This document shows, in pieces, positions 49,951 through 62,618 of a DNA stretch of 64,000 bases. The stretch is from Octopus sinensis. Lineage: Eukaryota. The stretch is taken from assembly GCF_006345805.1 (NCBI RefSeq), contig NC_043011.1, positions 22,332,464 through 22,396,463 on the forward strand. Reading direction: 5' to 3'. Each line of letters opens with the position of its first letter. Within the stretch, counting starts at the first letter, position 1. Position numbers and translations under genes: made by a program. The notes under the pieces are model-generated. The model ran no database searches, was not told where the DNA came from, and worked only from the letters and a program-made list of their open reading frames with translations.

Positions 49951-52147
49951 TTGCAATATTTGAAAAATCCTGAAGAATTTAGTAAAATTACTTAGTTATT
50001 ATCAAGCTGATGTTTGACATGTAAATTAACAGGAAATTTTGATGGGAGGATTTGATTTAGATCACTTTAAAATAGAACGTTTGTATCATAGATTCAGGCT
50101 GGCCCCAGGTGGGTTAGAATTAAAAGGGTTAATCAACAAAAGATTAGCAGTACTGAGCTAAATGCCTTGCAGTATTTAATCATGTCCCTTAAATTCTGAT
50201 TTCAAATCCAGGTGAGATCAACTTTGCCTTTCATCACTCTAGTATCAATAAAATAAAGGTCAGTTATATACTGAAGGTTGTTTCAATCAATATACCTCTC
50301 CCTTCTCCTACAAATTTGGCATATTGCTAGTATGACAAATCAATATCATTATCAACATTTTTCGCATATTTGCTCCATTACTCAAAGAAGTTTTGCATTA
50401 TGAGAAAACCAAGATGAATACTGATAATTGTCATATGAAGTGTAACAACGATAGACCCAATAAAAACAAAACAAAATAAACTAATAAATCTAGTCTAGAT
50501 AGTTTTGAGTGGTGCCATTCAAGAACTAGGAATGAATATATGAAACGTTTTTTAACGTCTGCTGAAAATAACTGAATTTTCCAAAAATAATTGGAATAAG
50601 ATTATGTTTTCATGGAAGTTTAGAGCAACCAGTCTACATAAATTTCTGGAGGAGATATACTAGACATATCAGGGAGGAAAATAGAATTTCATCCTCTGTT
50701 AGATGAAGTGAGTACCTTATTTTGGATGAATACTTGCTACATTACTTCTAATTTTAAATGCTAACACTTATTATTCAAAACAAAAGATAGTTACTATAAA
50801 TATCTTTAAAAGGAGGGCAGGTAGATAAAATATCAGATATCCGCCGTGGGATAGAAATAGCAGCAGAGCACGATTATCTCTTAGAAGATATAATCCTTCA
50901 AGAACTCTATCTGTAGAAAGGATTAACCCAATGTAAATACAATCTCCGACTTTATAGATGAAAATAATTATAAGTAAGAATCAAAACAGTGAAGTTATTA
51001 GTTTCGTACATGGAAATGTATAAAACATTTAGGTTATACACAAGCTACTAATATATTGCCTTGCTATTTTAGTTCTTACATAATTACGTGTATTGGTTGT
51101 CAGTCCTAAACTATCCTTCCATGTACATGTGTAAATCTCAAAGTGGGCCGACGAACTTAAGATCACAATTCACTGCAATTCGTTCGACTTGTTAAGTATT
51201 TGGGGCAATAAACTCAGTTTCTATTCTACACCAGGTTGAAATAAACTTTAATTATATATATATATATATGGTTTAAACATAACTTTTTAATTTCATGCGC
51301 AGAAACGAAATGATGTAATATTCCTGTTAAAACATGTAAAATGTAAACAATGAATACAAGTATAAACGTTAAATAGAAATAACAAACTAGAGCATGATTT
51401 CATGCTTGTTCTCCAAGATTGCGTCAGATTGATACGCAATCTGAATTCTAATACTGTTTTATATTGACGTTTACGCAATAACACCGAGAAGATTGGCAGA
51501 TTTCCAGGGGAACAGCTGAATTCGAAAAACCAGTAATTACTGCAAACATTTCTGAATGCCCAGTGATTAACAATAACTATTCACAACTAAGCATCAATAA
51601 ATTAATACTTTCTATGAGAACCAGAGTTTTATTTTTTTATATATGAAGTAAAAGCACATTAAGTTACACGAAACATCGGTCTTAAACAATTTATCAGTAT
51701 AATGACGCATTCTTTCGATATAAAGAATGCTTTAATAAATATAACAAATAGCGAAAATACAGAATTCCAAAAAGTATTCTAACGCAGTGCTTTTCACTTT
51801 TTCCTGTTTTAACTATCGAAGCCCTGAATTTTACTAACACCTTTTCCAAAGTTCCCTTGCTACAATTTAACATAAATACACCTGTCGACAAGACTGATCA
51901 CCATTAAATGACACTTGAAATGTCAAAACACTTGGACCAGTAACTATTACCAGATGGGTTTACAGATTGCAAATATTTTTTTGAAAATTAAGCTCTGTTG
52001 CTGAGAAGTGTGTTTCCCAACCACATGGTTTCAGGTTCAGTCCCACTGCATGGGACTTAATTTTGGCACCTTGGGTTTCTACTATAGCCCCGGCTGACCA
52101 AAACCTTGTGAGTGGATTTGATTGACGGAAACTAAAAGACCATCGTG

Positions 52148-52149
<2 letters not shown>

Positions 52150-52243
<94 letters not shown>

Positions 52244-52245
52244 GT
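52150..52245. repeat. (TA)n microsatellite inside a SINE
   Basis: Directly visible. Confidence 0.95.
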
Positions 52246-53754
52246 TTTGGGGATCTGACAATACGTCATAAAGCTAAACCCTTTTTGGACGAGAAACTTA
52301 AGGTAATCCCATAAGTCGGCCTTCTCCATTTTTAATATGTGTGTATATATATATATATACATACATAAACACACGTGTGTGTTTTTGTCCCCACCACCGC
52401 TTAACAACTGGTGTTGGTTTGTTTATATTCTCTTAACATACCAGTTCGGAAAAAAGACCGATGGAAGCGGTACCAGGCCTTTAAAAAAGTACAAGGCCGC
52501 AGTCTCACGACCGAAAGAAATATGAGATAAAAACGTATAAGATCACACCCTCACAATTACCGCTTCCTTCGACCCCAGTATTCCATATATATATATAAAT
52601 TTTCCAACGCAGTCTTCGTCACAGGAGTCGGAGGGAGCAGGACTGTCTACTTTGAGGGGCACTGTTAATGCTTTGTAGAAGGGGCGGGGTTTCCTTGTTC
52701 GTGCTCTGCTCCTTAATATGTTTATTTACTAACCACATGTAATCTGATTGTAGTTGGAGACTAGATTTCTGATTATCTCCCTTGCTTATATTTATTTATA
52801 TTTTCAATTTTTACACTAAACTTGCATTATTTCCCTTGTATCGCTGTTGAAATCCTGGTGAGTCTGAAAATATTTTTGCATTGAGAAACTTTATATTTTT
52901 TATCTTTATTTATTTTTAATTTTGGTAGTTATTTTCCCTAATTATGACGCACTAACTTCTACATCATCTCACAACGTATTTCTTAAGACCACAATGTGTA
53001 ATAATAATAATAATACATTTTTCGTTCTTTATTAATGTATTACCAAAATACCATTCCTTTTGTTCTTTGATAAAATCTGCACCTCACAGTCTATGCGAAG
53101 AGTCTGAACGAACCATCAGATATTTTCATTGATGTTCGTACTTCGTGTTAGTCGGATAGAACTTAAACATATTCAAAAGTCTAAAATTATTCGACTTCCA
53201 ACTAAAAACAACAATATTACTTTTAATATGCTATTCATATCGATTTCAGATCATTCTAGAATCATCCACCCTGTTTTTATTAGTATTATCATTGTTATTA
53301 AAAATAAAAATCCCCATAATAACATACAGAGCATCCAATTCTTGTTTACTACCCTTCTTAGTTTGGACAATTATGAAATATTTCGTATTACTAGTTTTAA
53401 TTTCTAGATTTTCCTTTTTCTTTCTGACATAAATTTATTTTCAAAACAATGTTAGTTTCACCGATGCTTTTTTGTTTGTTTGTTTGGTTCAAAGATATCC
53501 GACATAACTCTCGATACTTCTCTCCAAACATATTAACATCTGTTTCATGTATGTATAGTCAAAACTTTAAATGTTAGGAAGCTTTAATGCATTGTTTGAC
53601 GAGAGATCAACTCATTTTTCTTTCTTTTTTTCTCTCTTCCATCTCTCACTCCGCCCCACCACTATCGTTATGTTTCCAATGCATGCCTGTGTGTGTAGTT
53701 ATATGAACGTATTTAAGTATGGAAGTATAAGTGTGTATATATACATATACACAC

Positions 53755-53789
<35 letters not shown>

Positions 53790-53962
53790 CCTATCTGTTT
53801 ATCTATCTGTCTATCTATCTACCTATCTGTTTATCTATCTGTCTATCTATCTACCTATCTGTTTATCTATTTGTCTATCTATCTATCTACCTATCTGTTT
53901 ATCTATCTGTCTATCTATCTATTTGTCTATCTATCTACCTATCTGTTTATCTATCTATCTGT

Positions 53963-54010
<48 letters not shown>

Positions 54011-54164
54011 TTTTTTTCTCCCCGTCTGTGTCCAGCCCTGTGTGGCTAATAAAGAAACATATCTATCTATCTGTTTATCTGTCTAGCTATCTGTTTATCT
54101 ATCTATCTGTTTATTAATCTATCTATCTGTTTATCAATCTATCTGTCTGTCTGTCTATCTATCT
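53755..54164 (+). repeat. (TC)n followed by a (TCTA/TCTG)n microsatellite array
   Basis: Directly visible; it is the source of track ORFs 53571-54086 and 53731-54117. Confidence 0.95.
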
Positions 54165-56042
54165 GAAGAACTGGAACGAGTAGGCTGGTCACTCTCGCCT
54201 GGCAATGGACCGAGAGGAAGCTGTCTCTAAAAGGTCGGGCAGAGGTGGCGATCACGTAAATTGCTTCCGTCATCTACTGTCTGACCTTTGTGCCTTGTCC
54301 TGACCTTACCATCACCAAACTAGAGCGCATTCTCTTCCGATTCTTGTGGAAAGGATGCGTTCCGATGGTCAGGTGATCCATTTGCTGCCAACACCCATTA
54401 AAAGGAGGGCTGGGTATTTGTGGTTGATGATGTGCAGACATGCGCTGAGACTGTGACAACTCCAGCTCTATGCAGACGACAGTGAACAGGTGTTGTCGCC
54501 GTTTGTAAGGCGTGCTTTCCCGCAGCTCGTCTCCATGACTGAACTGCAGTCGTGGATCAAAAAGAGGCCGAGGAAGGGCAAATGGTACCATGAGTGTCAC
54601 GTTGCTCTGAAGCAACTATGCTGTCCCGGATCAACCTTGAGCAACTTCAACACAACCAAAGCATTCTATGGGGGATTAGTGGAGGGGAGGTATGATGAAG
54701 ATCTCGGGTCAAACCTGGGCATCGACGAAGAATACCTGACCTGCTTGTTCAAGATGACTTTTGGGCCTGGACCTATAGACAACTTCCAGGGATCCCTGGC
54801 CTGGCAGTGCTGTTGAGAAGCGCTACTCATTTGGAATAAGCTCTACAGGCATGGCTTGAGAAACATGGGGCTGATCTGCCTGAGATGCGGTCAGAGCGAT
54901 GAAACCATCCTGCATGCACTCATACAGTGTCCAACCATTTCCAACCTGTGGACCTATGTCGAACGACTGCTATCATGTGTGGGACAAGTTAGTTTATCAA
55001 CCAAGTCTATCGAGAATATTGTCGCGCCTCCTTCCTTGAAATGGGAAGGAAAAGCCTTTTTCATCAGCGTGGTGCAAAGAGCACCATATGAGTGTGATCG
55101 TTGACAGAGCGGCTATTCGAGTATGATTGTTACCAGCGTCGCCTTACTGGCACTTGTGCCCGTGCTAGTAGGGTGCCAAGAACACCATCCGAGCGTGATT
55201 GTTGCCAGAGCAGCCAACTGGCTTCCGTACCCATGGCACATAAAAGGGCACCATTCGAGCATGATCGTTACCAACGTCACTTCACTGGCACCTGTGCTGG
55301 GGGCATGTGTAAAAAGATTTGAGCGAGGTCATTGCCAGTACCGCCTAATTGGCCCCCGTGCAGGTGGCACGTAAAAAGTACCCGCTACACTCTCGGAGTG
55401 GTTGGCGTTAGGAAGGGCATCCAGCTGTAGAAACTTTGCCAGCCCTCAGTCAAAATCGTCCAACCCATGCTAGCATGGAAACGGACGTTAAATGATGATG
55501 ATGATGATGATGATAATGTGGCTATGGCAAAAGAGTGTGTATGGTGGATGTGTCTAAAAGGTCTAGAGACAAACATTTTCCTCTCTGGTCAATCTCCCAT
55601 CAATTTCTTCAAGTATAACTTAAAGAGGAAGGTGGGAGTAGAGAGGGAAGTTTTGTCTAGTGAATGTTTAAAAAAAAAATGGGTGAATGTAGCAAGGATG
55701 GCACGTGTGAATGACGGACCCACCTTGAGCATAGTTCTATGAACCAGAAAAAGAGAGGAAAAAAGAGAATCTCTTACTGTAATGTGTTTTTTTGCATGTC
55801 ATTATTGCCTGAGGTTACCGTGGTCTTTCCTGTAGGCTTTTCTTTCCACGGATAAACCTAATCTGTTTCCCATTTTACACTATGACACTTCAGTGATACA
55901 TGATCCCTATTGATCGTTTTTTTTTTTTTTACCACAATCCCTTTTGATCGAAATTCTACCCCCATCTTTTTTTTCTTTCCTTCCCAAAAAGAAAAGCTCT
56001 ACTTTGTATTTTGTCCCCTCTGTGTTGCCAGTACAGAAACAT
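54165..56042 (+). mobile_element. 5'-truncated Tx1/L1-like LINE (RT C-terminus + zf-RVT), split by a family-2 retroposon at 55073-55517
   Basis: LFRFLWKG..CQHPLKGGLGI and CLRCGQSDETILHALIQCP..LW. The frame resumes after the insertion (AMAKECVWW..) and stops at 55742. The 3' UTR ends GAAACAT and (ATCT)n flanks both sides. Confidence 0.8.
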
Positions 56043-57240
56043 ATCTGTCTATCTATCTATCTGTTTATCTATTTATCTGCCTGTTTGTCTATCAATCTGT
56101 CAGGATATATTCATAAATGTGTGTACGTGTACAGTTTGGTATTCTTGAAATGACACAAGCTAAGTAAAAGCATGGCTGTCCTTGCATACAGACATGTTCC
56201 CTGCATCCCTCTCTGACTGACCATTTCTAATCTTGCAGGCTCGTGGGTTCTGGTGCCATGTAAAAAGCACACATACCAGTACCACATAAACGCACCTAGC
56301 ACACTCTGAAAAGTGGTTGGTGTTAGGAAGGGCATCCAACTGTAGAAATCATGCCAAAACAGAAATGGAACGTGGGCAGCTCTTCAACTGACCAGCTCTT
56401 GTGAAACTGTCCAACCCATGCCAGCATGGAAAACAGACATTAAATGATGAGGATATATATATATATTATATAAAATCCGTTCTGTCTGTCAGTGTGTGTA
56501 TTCTAGGATCTCAGGCATCCTCCATCTGATTGCGCTCAAATTTGATATGTAGATACTGACAGTATCAGGGTGTGTATAAGTCTTGAAAAAATTACAAAAA
56601 TCGATTCCAGGTGAGAATGCGATTGATAAAGCCGTGGGAACATGCATTTGTATGCACAAGTACATCAGCTGTTGCAATTGATACTACACGTATGCGAGAA
56701 AATGCATGTACAGTTTGTGCAACAAAAAGCCGGCTGGCTTGAAATAATGTCACAAAATGCAGTATATTTAAGAGACCAAAAAAGTAAGATGCAAAAGAGA
56801 TATTTTCTTCAAACTTGGCATGAAGGAAGGAAAGACTATTTGGTTTCTCAAGAAGATATTTTTTTTTGCCTTAACTTCGTTTAACAAAACCAAAAATTTT
56901 ATTGAAATAAAGGCATGCTTAATTATTTTGAAAAGAAAACACGTGTCTTTCCTGCCAAGCTTACTGTTTAAATCATGTTTGTGTTCTCCCAGTCAACAGA
57001 TTTATCATTACTGGTACTTTAAACTTTTCGGTTGCATATTTGTTTTAATAAAATCGTTTTTCTTTGGAATAGAAAAAAAGTCTATCTTATTTCTTCTTTT
57101 GCTGGTGTCTCAAATTTAGGTTAAATCAGTGTTTCTCAAAGAGGAGGCCTATGGGATGGTCGGACAAGTTGTTTTGAGAAAATTTGGTTTAAATGTTTGA
57201 CAACTCAGCACTGTCCATTGGACAGGGGGTGTTTTGCTCG

Positions 57241-57279
<39 letters not shown>

Positions 57280-57458
57280 TTATTATTATTATTAATTCAT
57301 TATAAGATTAATTTGAATCAAGGTATTTTAACATTCAGGACACCAGGAAAGGGTCGAATTCAGTGCACATACATGTATATACCAGATGTACTTGTACATC
57401 TACACATACATGTGCGTTTATGAATATATTCTTACATTTACATATATATATGTATGCA

Positions 57459-57790
57459 CAGGATTGGCTGTGTGGTAAGTAGCTTGCTTACCAACCACAT
57501 GGTTCTGGGTTCAGTCCCACTGCGTGGCACCATGGGCAAGTGTCTTCTACTATAGCCTTGGGCCAACCAAAGCCTTGTGAGTGGATTTGGTAGATGGAAA
57601 CTGAAAGAAGCCCGTCCTATATATGTGTGTGTCTGTGTTTGTCCCCCCAACATCGCTTGACAACCGATGCTGGTGTGTTTACATCTCCGTAACTTAGCGG
57701 TTCGGCAAAAAGAGACTGATAGAATAAGGCTTACAAAGAATAAGACCTGGGGTCAATTTGCTTGACTAAATGACTGAAACAAGTAAAAGA
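57459..57790 (+). mobile_element. tRNA-derived SINE, dominant family
   Basis: Full head, core and tail. Confidence 0.85.
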
Positions 57791-58218
57791 GTAGAGAGTA
57801 TATACATCTATACATGTATATATACACATGCAAATATATATACCCATGCACACATGCATGTTCATTCATGATCCAATGCAAGTTCCAGATCCAACATTGG
57901 GAAAGCTCCAGGTATGATATTTGCATAAAATAAGAGCACAAATGGGTCAAAAGTTCACAAGGTCTAACCTATTTTTGTTATTTTGGGTGGAGTGGGAGTG
58001 TCGGTGCTGAAAAGTTACTGGCTTTGGGTAAAGAAAATGCAGGAGGATCAGTTAATTATGATTTTATTCAAAATATTCCCCTCTCTGATTCTCACCCCTA
58101 TTGCAGTGGTGCTTCAGTTTTTCTAAGCCTTATAAAAGAACTCAGAAGGTTGGACCTCCAACCAGGCCTTTTGCAATGCCCTTAAAGCCAGGAACTTTTC
58201 AGTACACCCTCATATATA

Positions 58219-59007
58219 TGGTCTAATCACTAAGTATCTGGACTGTTACCATAGTAACGAAGCTAAAGCACAGATTGACCTTGAACTCTGTTGTGCATGT
58301 GCACTAAGTTTTAACGTTCTAGCTCACTTATGTTGTTTACAGCAGGGCTTGGAATATATGTGTGTAGCATGTGTTTGTTGCATTGACCACAGCAGAGAAA
58401 GTTGAGCAGAGAATCTGTGTCAAGTTTTGCCAAAAGCTTAGTAATAGCTGCTCAGAGGCCTATGCAAAGTTTTCAAAAAGTTTTCTTCACAATACAATCA
58501 AGGAGATTTTGTGCAACTGAAACCTGAGTGTCTTTCTGGTCACCTGAAAGCAGTTTTGGCACAGATTTGGCGGAAATGCATCTCATACCCAAACGGATGG
58601 TGATTAGATGATTTCTCATCACAGCTGCATGCATATCTACAATGTTATTCTCAGTTCCGCTGGTTGTAGGTCTCCCAGAATGTTTGTCTCTATCGACATT
58701 TTTCGGCCATCTTGGAAATGTTTGAACCATTTGTACACGGCTCATACACACCTTTCCATTCACTTTCTGCAACTTTGCATAAGCTTTTGAGCAGGTATCG
58801 CCATAACAACTTTCTTTGTCATGGCCAATGCGACTATCACACATTACTTCGAAGCACTGCTGTAAACAGCGGAAATGTGCTAGAATGTTAAAACTTAGTG
58901 CACATGCACAGCAGAGGTCAAGGTCAATCTTTGCCTAGTGGCTTCACTCTGCGTGCTTTAGCTTTGTTACTATGGCAACAGTCATGATACTTATTTATCA
59001 GACTTTG
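58219..59007. mobile_element. mariner-family element made of two inverted 5' ends
   Basis: Track ORF 58844-58473 gives a mariner N-terminus (HSGRPTTS, LGMRCISAKSVPKLL). Both arms carry CATAGTAAC..AGCTAAAGCAC..GATTGACCTTGA..GTGCATGTGCACTAAGTTTTAAC. Confidence 0.8.
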
Positions 59008-59299
59008 TGCACTGTTGGTGACATCCTGTACCCATATATGCAGTCTTCAAGGTCCTACGTTGTGACTGCACACTCCTTTCACAACCTGGGACCTTAAAGA
59101 CTGCTATAATGCAAGGAAGTATACTAGTCCCTTAATATTTTATATTAAATAGTTCATCTATTGAATAAGACAATCAATACTTCATTTCATTTTACACTAT
59201 ATATATATTATTTATACTATATATTGTATATTCTACATTAATATTATAAAGAATATAAATAAAAGATAAAAACAGACAGTGTTGGAATTTCTTTGATTA

Positions 59300-59338
<39 letters not shown>

Positions 59339-59384
59339 TATATACATGTATATATGTATATGTATGTGTATATATATATATATA

Positions 59385-60150
59385 TTTTAAATGGGCATCT
59401 CTATGCCTTTTAGTCAACAGTGGAGTTTTTCTAGGAGAGTGTGATTTCAGTTCATTCCTATGAAGTTCATTGCTGATTGTTTGTAGTGTAACACTAGTCT
59501 CTGAAGCTAACAAATCTTCTTGCAACTCCTTTCTGGTGATCATTGCATTTTTTTTTTATTCTTCGCATCATTTTTATTAAAGATCTAGGGGAAATCTTGT
59601 GTGGTGCACCTGATCGTATTCTGTTTTCAACAGTTCCCGATTTTTTAATATCTTTGAATAAATGAAGATATGGTAGAAAATGGTATATAAAGGGTCTTTG
59701 ATATTTTCCTGTAACTTTTACTTGCTTTCCACTGTTCAATAATTAAGTTTTTCACTGAATTTGTGAGTTCTTTACTTTTCACCATTATTACGATACTACT
59801 TTATGTTGTCTCAATGCTGAATGAAGAAGCTAGTGTTTTGACACTTAAAAATGACAACTGATAAGATTATTGGAACAAACGAGAAAATTCTAGTAAAAAA
59901 AAAATTATTTTAACAGTGTTTTGTGGCATAGAAAATCATAAATTTATTCTGTACAAATACTTTTTTCACCCCTAAATATTTATAATTGTATATAAATTTA
60001 TTAGTTACTATAATTTATTAGTTTCTTTTGCATATTCTTAGTGTATGCATGTGTATGCATATATAGTATTGGTATATCCCATTTATGTTCATTAGAAGTT
60101 AAATAAATAAAGTATTTTGACATGTACGAATATTTATTTCCCCCCCACTG
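59385..60150 (-). mobile_element. Tc1-like transposon, 5' portion
   Basis: TA|CAGTGGGGGGAAATAAATATTCG terminal repeat at 60150. Transposase fragments SGTVENRIRSGAPHKIS and TISNELHRNELKSHSPRKTPLLTKRHRDAHLKY. Confidence 0.85.
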
Positions 60151-60430
60151 TATATATATACATATAAATATATACATACACACATAAATATATATATATA
60201 TATACACACGTATATATATATATATACGTATATATATATATACATACATATGTATGTTTTGACTGGGCCTGATGAAGCCTTCTGGCTTCACAGACCCCAG
60301 TAGAACCGTCCAACCCATGCTAGCATGGAAAACGGACGCTAAATGATGATGATGTATATATATACACATATATGTATACATATAAATATATGCATACACA
60401 CATATATATGTATATATATATATACATATA

Positions 60431-60478
<48 letters not shown>

Positions 60479-60691
60479 CATACATATATATATATACACA
60501 TATATATATACATATATATATATACATATATATATATACATATATATATACCCATATATACATACATATATATATACACATATATATATACATATATATA
60601 TATACACACACACATATATATATATATACACACACACATATATATATATATATATACACACATATATATACATATATATATATAATATACA

Positions 60692-60732
<41 letters not shown>

Positions 60733-60905
60733 GCACATAAATACATATATACATATATGCACATAAATACATATATACATATATGCACATAAATATATAT
60801 ATATTCATATATATATATATATTTATATATATACACACACACACACATACATACATATATATATATCATCATCGTTTAACGTCCGTTCTCCATATATATA
60901 TATAT
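60151..60905. repeat. Large compound (TA)n/(TACA)n microsatellite with an embedded retroposon tail (60262-60352)
   Basis: Directly visible; it is the source of the YI/IY-repeat ORFs at 60001-60872. Confidence 0.95.
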
Positions 60906-61214
60906 ACACACATGCAAATATATATTTATATCAAAGTATTTATAAAACAGTTATATTGTAGTGGGTATAAGTATATTTCGTTCTTGGATTTGGTTTGGTT
61001 TGCAAGATTCTTTATGTGAGTTCATGTATTGAAGTATATTCTGTTGTGCCTGTGGAGAGTCATTCTCTTTTAGCGCCTTGTAATTTAACACACTCACCAG
61101 TAAAATTCCCACTCATTTACTCATTAATTTTTCTAAAATTTTCATTGCATCTTGCAACCCTTACAATAGTTTTTGACTCTGTCCATTATTGAAGCTGCAT
61201 TCTTTTTTTTGTTT

Positions 61215-61740
61215 GTGCATGAGTGTGGGTCGGTGTGCGTGTGTGTGTGCATACACATGTATGTATGTATGTATGTATGTATGTATGTACATGAATGTGT
61301 GTGTATTCATGCATGTACATGTGTGTGTGTGCATATGTATATGTGTATGGTTGTGTGTACATTTGTATGTATGTATTCTGCCTGTGTATTCATGTGTTTG
61401 TGTGTCTGAGTGTTTTTATGTGTGTGTGTACAGCTCTGTCTCCTTGTATGTGCATGTCTGAGTGTGTGTGTGTGTGTATGGTTTTTTTGCAACTATGTAC
61501 TGTGTTTGTATGGGTGTGTATCTCCATATGTGTGGACGTGTGTCTCCTTATGTGTCCTTGTGTGAAGTGTGTGTGTGTGTATATGGTCTTGCGTTTCAGT
61601 CTGCAATTGTGTATGTGTGTGTGCGCTTGTTCATATTACCTATGTACCTATCCGTCTGTATGTCTATCCATATGTCTACATGTATGTGCATATACATATA
61701 TACACACACCCACACTTACACATACATCTATCTACATAAC
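61215..61740. repeat. Degenerate (GT)n/(GTAT)n microsatellite
   Basis: Directly visible; it is the source of the CV/VC-repeat ORFs. Confidence 0.9.
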
Positions 61741-61789
61741 AGCCTACTAACTATTCTACTCTACCTGTGGGTATGGGTGTATGATATCT

Positions 61790-62618
61790 ACTACGTATAT
61801 TTCCTAATTAGTTCTGGGGATGTTTCTTTTATGAGGATGTAGTCCTGCATGTGTCTGAGTGTTGGGCCCTTTGGGTGCTTGGATAAAATGCGGATGTCAA
61901 GTTGACCCAGGTTGCCTCCATGTTGGTCGTTGGCATGTTGTTAGAGTATGGAGGACTGTTTTTTGTTGTCATATTGTCTCAAATGTTCATTTAGTCATTC
62001 CACAATGCTCCTAGATGTCTCCCCTGTGTATGTGATGTTCATGTCTTTACAAGCATCTTCTATGCATCTTATGCTGTAAACTACATTTCTAGTTCTACAG
62101 TTAATGCCATGGCTAATCCTATGTCCCATGCAGTTATCATTGGTGCATATGGTATTCTCAAAGAGGTACGTCCTACATAGTTGTGATCTGATGGAGTTCC
62201 TTGGCTTTTCAACAATCTTAATGTTAAGTTTGGTTTCCTTCACAGCTTTCCTAAATCTATGGGCTAGTACTCCATGGGCTGTGGCCTCTACAAACATCAC
62301 TCCTTGATATTTGTCAGTTTTATACCACATGTTCACCCTGTTTGCTTTATCACAAGTTCTTTGTATCCTATTCCAGTCTTTGTTTCTATATCTAGGGCAG
62401 GTACCACTGGTATCATTACACATAATGTTATCTAACTTCTTTCTAGCACCCCTGTATACTCGAACCCTATCTTTTTGATCATATCCAGAGAATTGCATGC
62501 GATGCATGAAGTTCTGTACACGTTTCTTCGTTTCGTGAGGTTTGCATAGTGGGGACATGTTGTTCATTATTCTAACTAAGTCTGCTATCAGTATGTTAAT
62601 TTTCATGTTGTGTGACAA
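61790..62618 (-). mobile_element. Penelope-like retroelement: RT C-terminal region + GIY-YIG endonuclease (pseudogenised)
   Basis: Track ORF of 207 aa with M.FSGY..R, VMFV.AT, CRTRNVVYSIRC..C..YTGETSRS. It continues past TGA as LNEHL..SSIL*QHA..H..IL..R..YILIKETSPEL. Confidence 0.88.

Noticed and set aside
53571-54117. ORFs of 171 and 128 aa (YLSI repeats)
   Set aside because: (TCTA)n microsatellite artefact.
55073-55400. Repeat-spacer-like pattern suggesting a CRISPR array
   Set aside because: Eukaryotic context, no cas genes, and the units are degenerate tandem repeats of a retroposon.
60001-60872. Long ORFs of 122-259 aa (YIYI.. repeats)
   Set aside because: Translations of (TA)n/(TACA)n microsatellite, which lacks stops in several frames.
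61995-61997. In-frame TGA in the PLE as possible selenocysteine (reported for some Naiad elements)
   Set aside because: It falls where Arg is expected (E-R-x-x-EH in GIY-YIG), so CGA-to-TGA decay is simpler, and a TAA follows 18 codons later.
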